Numbered from the stretch's first letter, positions 1-8,863 are shown. The stretch: DNA of 24,964 bases from Methanomicrobiales archaeon (GCA_037137755.1 JBAXJR010000034.1:1-24964); one strand, 5' to 3'. Translations and numbers: made by a program. The notes: generated by a model not told the origin, from the sequence alone.

Positions 1-2
1 TT

Positions 3-170
3 GCCGGCATGAGGGACAAGGTGATCCATCGTTATTTCGAGATAAACTGGCAGATCGTCTGGAATGTCATCACAGAGGACCTCCCTACCCTCGAACCGAA
101 AATTTCTGCACTCCTCGATGAACTGGATGAGGTGTCCGATACGCATCATTCCTCCCGTAAGAAACCCTGA
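3..170 (+). CDS. HepT-like (DUF86) HEPN ribonuclease toxin, 3' part (5'-truncated by window edge)
   Basis: Manual translation from nt 3 gives AGMRDKVIHRYFEINWQIVWNVITEDLPTLEPKISALLDELDEVSDTHHSSRKKP* (TGA 168-170). It contains the HEPN R-x4-H-x-Y motif (RDKVIHRY) and the typical DUF86 'VW..I..DLP.L' tail. Not in the ORF track. Confidence 0.88.
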   Translation, partial: AGMRDKVIHRYFEINWQIVWNVITEDLPTLEPKISALLDELDEVSDTHHSSRKKP

Positions 171-179
171 CGGTATACC

Positions 180-3100
180 ATGCCCGGCGACTACTCCGAA
201 GATACCCTCATCGAGCGGCCGACCATCGACCTCTTCTCTGACCTTCACTGGAAAACCGCAAACTGTTATAATGAGTTTCAGCCAGGTGCAGTATCCCAGG
301 GTAGGGAAACGAGTGCCGAAGTAGTCCTCGTCCCCAGGCTCCGGGCCGCACTGGAACAGCTGAACCCGGGTGTTCCGGCAGATGCAATCGGCCTCGCAAT
401 TGAAGAGCTGGTAAAGGTCCGCAGCACAATGAGCCTCGTGAACGCCAACCGTGAAGTCTTCGGGCTCATCAGGGACGGGGTAAAAGTCAGTTTCAGGAAT
501 AAATCGGGTGAGATGGTAGTCGAGACCCTCCGGGTAATCGACTGGAATATCCCGGCAAACAATGATTTCTTCCTCGCATCCCAGTTCTGGATCACTGGCG
601 ACCTCTATAAGCGGAGGGCTGACCTGGTAGGGTTTGTTAACGGGCTCCCGCTCGTCTTTATCGAACTCAAGGCCTCGCATCGGGACCTGAAACAGGGTTT
701 CGAAGGCAACCTCCGCGATTACAAAAATACTATCCCCCAACTCTTCCGGTATAACGCCTTCATCATCCTCTCCAACGGCTCGAAGAGCATCATCGGCACC
801 ATCTCGTCAGAATGGGAACATTTCGCCGACTGGAAACGGATCAATTCAGAGGGAGAGACCGGGATCATCTCACTGGACACGATGATCGCCGGCACCTGCG
901 ACCGGCAACGGCTCCTCGATATCATAGAAAACTTCACCCTCTTCTTCGAGGCGAAAGGTGGCCTCATTAAAGTCCTTGCAAAAAACCACCAGTACCTCGG
1001 GGTCAACAACGCCATCAGTGCACTGAAAGAGATCAAGAAGAACGAGGGCAGGCTCGGGGTATTCTGGCACACCCAGGGGAGCGGAAAGAGTTACTCCATG
1101 ATCCTCTTCGCCCAGAAAGTCCTTCGGAAACTCCCCGGGAACTGGACATTCCTTGTCGTGACCGACCGCCTGGAACTTGACGAACAGATCTACAATAACT
1201 TCGTCCACTCCGGTGCAATCCATGATGCACAGGCCCGGGCTGAAAGCGGGTCTGACTTGCAACGCCTCCTTTCCGAGGACCACCGGTATGTCTTCACCCT
1301 GGTCCAGAAATTCCGGTCCGACCCGTTCACATCCTACCCAGTCCTCACTACGAGGGACGATATCATCGTCATTGCAGACGAGGCTCATCGCACCCAGTAC
1401 GACGCCCTTGCACTCAATATGCGAACTGCACTGCCTAACGCTGCGTTCATCGCCTTCACCGGGACTCCGTTAATCCAGACCGAGGAAAAGACCAGGGAAG
1501 TGTTCGGCGAATATGTCAGCATCTACACGTACCGGCAGTCCACGGAAGACGGGGCCACGGTCCCCCTCTACTACGAGAACCGGATCCCCGAGCTCCAGCT
1601 CACGAATGAGAATTTCAAAGCAGAAATGGAACAGGTAATCGACGAAGCAGCCCTAAACCCGGCAGAAGAGGCGAGGCTCGAACGGGAATTCGCCAGGGAG
1701 TATCATCTCATCACCAGGAACGAACGGCTGGACCGGGTCGCAGAAGATATCGTCTCCCACTTTACCGGCCGTGGCTGGCAGGGGAAGGGCATGGTCGTTT
1801 CCATCGATAAGGCGACCGCAGTCCGGATGTACGAAAAGGTCAGGAAATACTGGGGCCTCGAACTCAACCGGTTAAAAACAGAAACGTCCCGGGTCACCGG
1901 CGAAGAGCTTACCCTTCTCAACGAGAAGATCGACCTGATGGAACGGACAGACATGGGGGTCGTCGTCTCCCAGTCGCAGAACGAGGCCGAGGACCTCGGG
2001 AGGAAAGGCATCGACATCCTGCCACACAGGAAACGGATGGTAAACGAAGACCTGGCCGAGAAATTCAAAGACCCGAAAGACCCCTTCCGGCTTGTCTTTG
2101 TCTGTGCCATGTGGCTGACCGGGTTTGATGCCCCTGCCTGCTCGACGATTTACCTCGATAAACCGATGAAAAACCACACGCTCATGCAGACCATCGCCCG
2201 GGCAAACCGCGTCTTCGGTGAGAAAGTCAACGGGCTGATCGTGGACTATTACGGGGTGTTCAAAGACCTCCAGCGGGCACTTGCCATCTATGCCCCGGGA
2301 CTCGGTACCGGGGATGTCATGCCGGTGCAGGACAAGCAGGCACTGGTCAGCAACCTGAAAACAATCATCGACGACACAACGGCTTTTTGCACCTTGAAAG
2401 GGATCGACGTCAACAAGCTGATGCAGGCGAATAAGTTCGAAAAAGTAAAACTCATTGATGATGCTGTCGAGGCAATTCTCATCGATGACGAATCCAAACA
2501 GAAATTCCTCGGGAACACAGCAGTCATCACCCGCCTATTCAGGGCAATTAAACCGGACCCGATCGTAAACGACCTCCTACCAATCTGTACATTATACCTC
2601 GTCCTGGCGATGAAGATTAAATCGCTGGACCCAGCCGTTGATATCACCCGCCTTATGGCTTCTATCGAGGAGCTCCTTGACCGATCAATTGCTTCAGAGG
2701 GTTACACAATCAAGGCACCGACCATCCTCGACTTAAGCCAGGTCAACCTTGATGTCCTCGCCGATAAACTGAAAAAGCAAAATAAACGAACGGAAGCAGA
2801 ACGGCTACGTAAGCTCCTGGAACAGCGGGTCCACAAAATGGTGGACATCAACCGGACACGGATCGATTTCCTTGTGCGGTTGCAGCAAATGATTGAAGAA
2901 TACAATGCCGGGAGCCATAATATTGAGGATTTCTTCAGGAAACTTGTGGAGTTTACCAACGAGCTGAATGAAGAAGACAAGAGAGCTTTGAAGGAAAATC
3001 TCACCGAAGAAGAACTTACCATTTTTGACCTGCTCACAAAGCCCGAGATGAAACTTTCGAAAGCCCAGGAAGTTGAAGTAAAGAAGGTCGCAAAGGAACT

Positions 3101-3305
3101 CCTGGAGACACTGAAGCGGGATAAACTCGTGCTGGACTGGCGAAAGAAGCAGCAGACAAGGGCGATGGTCCATGTATGTATTGAGGAGACACTAGATCAT
3201 CTTCCTCCGGTGTATGAACGTGAGATCTTCAATAAAAAATGTGAAATTGTGTACCAGTACGTTTTTGATAAGTATCCGGATACGGCGGTTGGTAGCTCAG
3301 AATAG
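180..3305 (+). CDS. hsdR: Type I restriction-modification system endonuclease/translocase subunit R
   Basis: 1041 aa. Nuclease motif RADLVGFVNGLPLVFIELK, Walker A HTQGSGKS, DEAHR box, FTGTP, LTGFDAP and QTIARANR helicase motifs, plus a helical C-terminal region. Confidence 0.96.
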   Translation: MPGDYSEDTLIERPTIDLFSDLHWKTANCYNEFQPGAVSQGRETSAEVVLVPRLRAALEQLNPGVPADAIGLAIEELVKVRSTMSLVNANREVFGLIRDGVKVSFRNKSGEMVVETLRVIDWNIPANNDFFLASQFWITGDLYKRRADLVGFVNGLPLVFIELKASHRDLKQGFEGNLRDYKNTIPQLFRYNAFIILSNGSKSIIGTISSEWEHFADWKRINSEGETGIISLDTMIAGTCDRQRLLDIIENFTLFFEAKGGLIKVLAKNHQYLGVNNAISALKEIKKNEGRLGVFWHTQGSGKSYSMILFAQKVLRKLPGNWTFLVVTDRLELDEQIYNNFVHSGAIHDAQARAESGSDLQRLLSEDHRYVFTLVQKFRSDPFTSYPVLTTRDDIIVIADEAHRTQYDALALNMRTALPNAAFIAFTGTPLIQTEEKTREVFGEYVSIYTYRQSTEDGATVPLYYENRIPELQLTNENFKAEMEQVIDEAALNPAEEARLEREFAREYHLITRNERLDRVAEDIVSHFTGRGWQGKGMVVSIDKATAVRMYEKVRKYWGLELNRLKTETSRVTGEELTLLNEKIDLMERTDMGVVVSQSQNEAEDLGRKGIDILPHRKRMVNEDLAEKFKDPKDPFRLVFVCAMWLTGFDAPACSTIYLDKPMKNHTLMQTIARANRVFGEKVNGLIVDYYGVFKDLQRALAIYAPGLGTGDVMPVQDKQALVSNLKTIIDDTTAFCTLKGIDVNKLMQANKFEKVKLIDDAVEAILIDDESKQKFLGNTAVITRLFRAIKPDPIVNDLLPICTLYLVLAMKIKSLDPAVDITRLMASIEELLDRSIASEGYTIKAPTILDLSQVNLDVLADKLKKQNKRTEAERLRKLLEQRVHKMVDINRTRIDFLVRLQQMIEEYNAGSHNIEDFFRKLVEFTNELNEEDKRALKENLTEEELTIFDLLTKPEMKLSKAQEVEVKKVAKELLETLKRDKLVLDWRKKQQTRAMVHVCIEETLDHLPPVYEREIFNKKCEIVYQYVFDKYPDTAVGSSE

Positions 3306-3358
3306 GATCACCGAAATCCAATAAAACTGTGTCCAAATAAAAAGTGCAGAATATCAGA

Positions 3359-3479
3359 GGGGTCATTGCTGACCCCATGGCTCCCTTCATCGCCCCGGTT
3401 AAGGGGCATCTACTATCTTGACCTGAACGAGCTTAAAGGACAATGTCCGGTCACCATCAAAAATGGGTAATTCCCTTTT
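3359..3479 (-). other. Intergenic cluster of four inverted repeats; candidate structured RNA or terminator element
   Basis: ggggtca/tgacccc (3359-3376; loop reads GCAA on the minus strand), gcccc/ggggc (3392-3407), tgacc..ggac-aat-gtcc-ggtca (3419-3453), aaaa.ggg/ccc.tttt (3460-3479). Confidence 0.35.
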
Positions 3480-3582
3480 GTCACTTTCACACCACACATA
3501 CCCGTTCCTTATCCCCCCTCAGTGAAGTAGTGATCCAGTGCTATGCAGATCGAACTTCCCAAATGTATGGTTTTGAGGACTC

Positions 3583-5526
3583 ATGTGGATCTTTGATTCC
3601 ACCTACAGGGACGGCGGGATCGATCTCTGGACAAAGGAGGGGACCGTCTCAAAAGTCCATCACGCGTATGCCCCTCCATTCTCTGTGCATTTCCACGACC
3701 CAGACGCTCATCATGAGATGATCGACGCACTGATAGAGCGGTACGATGCGAGGGAATGCACTATTCGGACTATCTTCGGGAAAATCCCGGGTTATGAGGT
3801 CTTTGCGGGCCGGGATATTGCGGAAGCGATCGAGAAACAGGCACAGTTTGACGTAGAGATTTTCAATGTGGATATCCGCCGCGACCAGCGATTTATGGCA
3901 GAACATAGTATCTTTCCTTGTGCTGGGGAGCAGGACGACCGCTTTTCTCCGGTGATTGAACACGATCTTTCTATCATAGAAATCCGTATCAAAGAAGACC
4001 CTGGGATTTCATCACAAATGGAGATCGAAGTCGTTCATGAAAGCAATGATACACTGACCGGACCCACTTGCGACGTGTTCACTGATCTTTTCTCCCTGAT
4101 CGTAACCCTTGACCCGGATGTCGTCCTTATGCCGAATGCCGATACATTGATGCCGAGGATCCGGAACCTGGCAAGGGATCATGGACTTGTCATGCCCTTC
4201 TCGCGAAACGGGAAGTATCGACAAATGGACTCCCGCTCGTACTGGAGTTACGGTAGGGTTGAACACAAGGAATCGGCCCTGATTCCGGATGGGCGCATTC
4301 TGATCGATACAGAACAGTCATTTATGTTCCAGGAAGGGGGGCTTGAAGGGGTGCTCATGGGCGCCCGGCTCTCGGGACTCTCCCCGAACCTTGCGTCCCG
4401 GTTCACTCCCGGCACGCTCATCAGCAGTTACGAATGCTACGAAGCAGTGAAACTGGGAATCGCGGTACCGTTCCGGAAGAGTGACCCGGAGAAGATCCGA
4501 AAGGTATCGGCTCTTCAGGCAGCAGACCGCGGAGGGATGATGTTCCAGCCTAAACCGGGGACCTATGAGAATGTCGATGAGATCGATTTCACTTCCATGT
4601 ATCCCTCTATCATCGTGATGGCAAATCTTTCGCCCGAAACGGTAGGACATCCGGAGCGTCCAGGGTTCCTTCCGGAGGTGCTCGCCCCACTGCTCGAACT
4701 CCGTATCAAGACCAAGCACCTCAAGAAGACGGATAAACAATTTGCGGGAATCGATGCGATCCTGAAATGGATGCTAGTCACGTGTTTCGGCTATACCGGG
4801 TATAAAAATGCGAAGTTCGGGAGGATCGAGGTTCATGAAGGGATCACGGGAAGGTCCCGTGACATACTGCTGCAAACGAAAGACATCGCAGAGGCCATGA
4901 ATTTCCGTATACTTCATGGGATTGTGGACTGTCTCTGGGTGCAGGGTTCACCGGTAAATGCACTCAAGGAACGGGTCGAGCAGGAGACCGGTCTGCTCCT
5001 TGAGGTTGAGAACTTCGACTGGATTGTCTTTCTCCCGCTCGCGGACGGATTTGGGGCTTATAACAGGTATTACGGCAGATTGTCGGACGGAAGCATTAAG
5101 ATCCGGGGTATTGCTGCGAGGCGACACGACACACCGGATTATATCCGCTCGATGCAGCAACGGATGCTGGATGTCATGGCGGGTGCAAAGACAATTGCAG
5201 ACCTCGAAATGGTCCGGGAACAGGTTTCAATAATTTTCAGGGAAACGTTGGATAGCCTTCCTTCAGCAGATCCAATGCAGATGGTGATCAACCGTCGGAT
5301 TAGCAAGCTCAGTTATACCCACCGGTGTTTCGAGGGGGCTGCGGTGCAGGCCTGTCAGGATCACGGGATCAGGATTGCACCCGGTATGAAGATTCAATAC
5401 GTAGTCACCGATGCGAAGAAGTACCGGGTAGATCTGCCCTGGTGTGCTGAGTCGTTCGATCATTCGTATTATCGCAAGTTGATTGAGAAAGCATTTGAAG
5501 AGATCATATTAGCTTTTCAGAAGTGA
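3583..5526 (+). CDS. polB2: Family B DNA polymerase, archaeal PolB2 group (degenerate catalytic motifs)
   Basis: 647 aa. Motif A DFTSMYPSII; motif B LKWMLVTCFGYTGY (canonical KxxxNSxYG); motif C HGIVDCLWV (canonical YGDTDS); NRYYG and KIRGI motifs. No recognisable 3'-5' exonuclease motifs. GAGG just upstream of the ATG. Confidence 0.85.
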   Translation: MWIFDSTYRDGGIDLWTKEGTVSKVHHAYAPPFSVHFHDPDAHHEMIDALIERYDARECTIRTIFGKIPGYEVFAGRDIAEAIEKQAQFDVEIFNVDIRRDQRFMAEHSIFPCAGEQDDRFSPVIEHDLSIIEIRIKEDPGISSQMEIEVVHESNDTLTGPTCDVFTDLFSLIVTLDPDVVLMPNADTLMPRIRNLARDHGLVMPFSRNGKYRQMDSRSYWSYGRVEHKESALIPDGRILIDTEQSFMFQEGGLEGVLMGARLSGLSPNLASRFTPGTLISSYECYEAVKLGIAVPFRKSDPEKIRKVSALQAADRGGMMFQPKPGTYENVDEIDFTSMYPSIIVMANLSPETVGHPERPGFLPEVLAPLLELRIKTKHLKKTDKQFAGIDAILKWMLVTCFGYTGYKNAKFGRIEVHEGITGRSRDILLQTKDIAEAMNFRILHGIVDCLWVQGSPVNALKERVEQETGLLLEVENFDWIVFLPLADGFGAYNRYYGRLSDGSIKIRGIAARRHDTPDYIRSMQQRMLDVMAGAKTIADLEMVREQVSIIFRETLDSLPSADPMQMVINRRISKLSYTHRCFEGAAVQACQDHGIRIAPGMKIQYVVTDAKKYRVDLPWCAESFDHSYYRKLIEKAFEEIILAFQK

Positions 5527-5628
5527 ATAGCGTGGTGGTAAAGGCCTCTATTCGCCATTTAATTCGAATTGAATCCCCAATTCTTCAAATAGGTTTAAAT
5601 CCTCATCTTTCCTAAATAGGCTACAACA

Positions 5629-5826
5629 ATGGCTAAATATTCAAGGCATGACGAATCCGTCCTTCATCCAGCCACCTCAAAGAGTAATTCGCTAAGAACA
5701 ACAGTCCCTGCATATATCGTGAACCAGTTCAACCTCAAGAAGGGAGACAAATTAAGTTGGGGTATTGAAGATGGGTCAGTTGTTATCCAGATGGCCAAAC
5801 AGGAAAAAGAAATCATACGCTCTTAA
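5629..5826 (+). CDS. AbrB/MazE/SpoVT-family swapped-hairpin DNA-binding protein
   Basis: 65 aa. SNSLRTTVPAYIVNQFNLKKGDKLSW matches the AbrB-type S-x-x-x-x-(I/V)-P...L-x-x-G-D-x-L pattern. TTTAAAT box at 5594-5600. Confidence 0.8.
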   Translation: MAKYSRHDESVLHPATSKSNSLRTTVPAYIVNQFNLKKGDKLSWGIEDGSVVIQMAKQEKEIIRS

Positions 5827-6142
5827 TTGTAGTCCGACAAGACACTTTTTTAACTTCACTCCCGGATAAATCGTAGATCAATACAAACGAATGTTGTAGT
5901 GGCCTTGGTCTGGAACGGGTTGTAATATGCAGATCGATCGTTTGAGAAATGTCATAAAATTCTCACCTGGCCCTTATGGGAGAATGGCATTAGCTGTAGA
6001 AAGGGAAAATAAGGGGCTCTAAAAAATCGGCCTGATGGAAAGTCCGTTTAGCACATACCTACCGCGGTGCACGGAAAAAAAGCGATTCCTTTATTGTAAT
6101 AGATAGAGAGTAACTGCTAATCAATTACAAACGTGAACCAAA

Positions 6143-7051
6143 ATGCCTGTCCCAGATTTTCAAAAAGTCCTGCTCCCTCTACTTACAATAGCAAACGATA
6201 AGAAAGAACATTCCGTCAGTGAGGCATCGGAGAAATTAGCAAATGATATTTTCCATTTGAGTGCTGATGAAAGAAAAGAAACTCTTCCAAGTGGCACCCA
6301 ATCGAAATTTGATAATCGGGTAGGCTGGGCTAAAACATATCTAGTAAAGGCGGGTTTATTAACTGTTCCAAAACGAGGAATATTTTGTATTACAGAACGC
6401 GGTGCTTCTGTTTTGGCAGCAAACCCAGGAGAATTAAGTTCTAATTATTTAATGAAATTTCCCGAGTTCCAGGAGTTTCAGCATCGCACCCGGGATGAAC
6501 AAGTCACAACTACTGATGTTTTAACGACTGCACAAACGCCAGATGAAATTATTGATTCTAATTATGTATCCCTTCGTTCACAGCTCGCGTCAGAGCTTAT
6601 TGAGCGGGTGAAAAAATGCTCACCGAAATTCTTTGAAGAGTTAGTTGTTGATCTCATTGTCACAATGGGCTATGGAGGTTCGATTCAGGATGCAGGGAAG
6701 GCAGTTGGTCAGAGTGGTGATGGTGGGATTGATGGAATAATCAAGGAAGATAAACTTGGTCTTGATGCGGTTTACATCCAGGCGAAACGATGGGAGGGTA
6801 GTGTGGGTCGCCCGGTAATTCAGTCATTTTCAGGAAGTCTTGACGGGCACAAGGCAAAGAAAGGAATCGTGATCACCACCTCTCAATTTACACAAGATGC
6901 ACGGGATTATGTTACCAAAATCGATAAGAAAATTGTGCTTATCGACGGTGAATATCTCGCTCAATTGATGATTGACAATAATATCGCCGTGACAACAGAG
7001 AAGACATACGAGATTAAAAAAATCGATTTCGATTATTTCGAGGAAAATTGA
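6143..7051 (+). CDS. mrr: Mrr-family (type IV, modification-dependent) restriction endonuclease
   Basis: 302 aa. N-terminal Mrr_N winged helix (NRVGWAKTYLVKAGLL..PKRG) and C-terminal catalytic domain (FEELVVDL, GDGGIDG, YIQAKRW, ITTSQF, LIDGE). Confidence 0.95.
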   Translation: MPVPDFQKVLLPLLTIANDKKEHSVSEASEKLANDIFHLSADERKETLPSGTQSKFDNRVGWAKTYLVKAGLLTVPKRGIFCITERGASVLAANPGELSSNYLMKFPEFQEFQHRTRDEQVTTTDVLTTAQTPDEIIDSNYVSLRSQLASELIERVKKCSPKFFEELVVDLIVTMGYGGSIQDAGKAVGQSGDGGIDGIIKEDKLGLDAVYIQAKRWEGSVGRPVIQSFSGSLDGHKAKKGIVITTSQFTQDARDYVTKIDKKIVLIDGEYLAQLMIDNNIAVTTEKTYEIKKIDFDYFEEN

Positions 7052-7072
7052 TTGTGGGAAATATCGAGACTA

Positions 7073-7519
7073 TTATCCGTTCATAACGGCCTTTACCTTA
7101 TCCCTCTTTTCCTGAGAACTTTTTAGCCACGGTGCTGATGATGCCACAAGACCCACAGCCTTCAAACCTCCGGCATCGCTTGCCTGCGATAAATCTACAC
7201 AGGCCATGCGTAGATCGCTTAATCCAGCAAGATAATCCTGTTTTGCAACGGTATATTTAGAACTCACCTGAAGGTCTGAAATAGTCTGATAATTTTTGTC
7301 GATGGTAGTGATCATCTGTTTAGATCTATCTGACATCGCCTTGACATTGATGTGATCGGGTTCCAAGTAAGGGCGGATATCAGTTCCATATAAGATCACC
7401 TCTTTCTCCGATGAACTCCACGCATTTTTGAAGTTATCATCTGCACTTGCACCCGTGCACCCGGCAAATGTCACAGCAACCAAGGCAACAGCAATTAATA
7501 AAACGAGATATTTTGCCAT
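7073..7519 (-). CDS. Putative lipoprotein, unknown function (148 aa)
   Basis: Start chosen at ATG 7519. MAKYLVLLIAVALVAVTFAGC is a basic residue, a hydrophobic stretch and a lipobox (FAGC), followed by a helical-looking mature region. Confidence 0.75.
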   Translation of the reverse strand: MAKYLVLLIAVALVAVTFAGCTGASADDNFKNAWSSSEKEVILYGTDIRPYLEPDHINVKAMSDRSKQMITTIDKNYQTISDLQVSSKYTVAKQDYLAGLSDLRMACVDLSQASDAGGLKAVGLVASSAPWLKSSQEKRDKVKAVMNG

Positions 7520-8096
7520 AGTGAGACCGTATAACCTAACCAATTAAAAAGGTATGTCTGTTAGATAGGTGGATCAAAGTGCATCCGTTACCGGCGACCA
7601 CGACCAGGGATCGACAGGGTTGATAGAAAACCAACCTAAATACGCCCGAATTACCGAATAATCCTTAAAACCGGGGTATCCATACCTATCCCAAATCATT
7701 TAACCCCATTCCTGTTCGTCTAAATCGCCCGGATTCGCCTCCTTTTACCTCCGGTAGCAAATACACCCATTTATGACGATTTTACCCTGATTTGGCCTAT
7801 ATATGGCCTTTATTCGAGTTTTATCCTTTTTAAAGATAACATAAAAGGCCTCGTTTCCTCCTCGGAATTGCCATTTTCGGTCTTTCGCAATCGGGAGATC
7901 GGCCCGGCGACCGCTCATCAAGGAGGTCAGGATTATTACCGGGGTGTTAATGTGTGATAAGAGGATAGATTTCCGCAATATTGAGAATTAAGGCAATCCA
8001 CATCAGGACAGGCGTACCAATCATCCTCCACGCGAGCTTTGATATAATTCCCTGTCCATATATTAGACCAGCAAAGAAATGCAGGGGAGATTATCC

Positions 8097-8246
8097 GTGG
8101 CAAAACCGATTGAAATTGGCCTTGTGCTCGAAGGAAAAGATGCAATAGCATTCCAGAAGTACCTGGAGCACCCGACATTTACCCGTGAAGGCCTGGCTCT
8201 GATGCGTGAAGCAAAGCGCGATGCAGAGCAAGCCGGCATTGAATAA
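8097..8246 (+). CDS. 49-aa putative antitoxin partner of the downstream GNAT
   Basis: GTG start preceded by GGAGA. Translates as MAKPIEIGLVLEGKDAIAFQKYLEHPTFTREGLALMREAKRDAEQAGIE*. The stop is 15 nt before the GNAT ATG. Below the ORF-track size cutoff. Confidence 0.7.
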   Translation: MAKPIEIGLVLEGKDAIAFQKYLEHPTFTREGLALMREAKRDAEQAGIE

Positions 8247-8261
8247 AACCGGACTATCGAA

Positions 8262-8795
8262 ATGGTCTCCTCCATCCCTTTTGAAGATCTTACCTTTGTT
8301 CTTCTCAGTGCTGATCATGATTTGTCCGGGTTTCATTCGGCCGAACCAGAACTTGATGAATTTTTGAAAGAAGACGCACTCGAAAACCAGCGTAATCTTA
8401 TTTCTGTGACACGACTGGTATTCTGGAAAGGGGACCTTGTCGGATATTTTACCCTCATCAATGACAGCATCGAAGTAAGGGCTGTCGAAGAGTGTGACCG
8501 TGAGGAGCGTTATCATTTCCGGAAATACCCGGCACTGAAGATTGCACGGCTGGCAACCCATTGCGATTGTGAGCGATTTGGGGTAGGGCGTAGTATGCTA
8601 CGGAAGATCTTCACCATCTCAATCACACTCTCCCATTATATCGGCTGCCGTATCATAACGGTCGACTCAAAATACAGTGCCGTCGATTTCTATAAAAAAT
8701 TCGCATTCAAGCAGGCAATCAGAACCCCTGGTGAAACGGTTCCGCTGTACCTCGATCTGAAGAGTGCACTCCAGCGAATCTCGCCGGATTCGTAA
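8262..8795 (+). CDS. GNAT acetyltransferase of the TacT/AtaT toxin-like type
   Basis: 177 aa. N-terminal F.S....LDEFL motif, VGYFTL, YPALKIARLA, acetyl-CoA loop ERFGVG, and IITVDSK.SAVDFYKKF.F. Confidence 0.85.
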   Translation: MVSSIPFEDLTFVLLSADHDLSGFHSAEPELDEFLKEDALENQRNLISVTRLVFWKGDLVGYFTLINDSIEVRAVEECDREERYHFRKYPALKIARLATHCDCERFGVGRSMLRKIFTISITLSHYIGCRIITVDSKYSAVDFYKKFAFKQAIRTPGETVPLYLDLKSALQRISPDS

Positions 8796-8863
8796 TTTTC
8801 TTTTCTTAAATTCACATGAACAGGAATAAAAAAAGGATGACGCTTTTTGATTGCTTACAAAAC

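Noticed and set aside
7745-8178. Minus-strand ORFs of 77 and 80 aa in the intergenic region
   Set aside because: Weak starts and no motifs; the second overlaps the better-supported 49-aa plus-strand gene.
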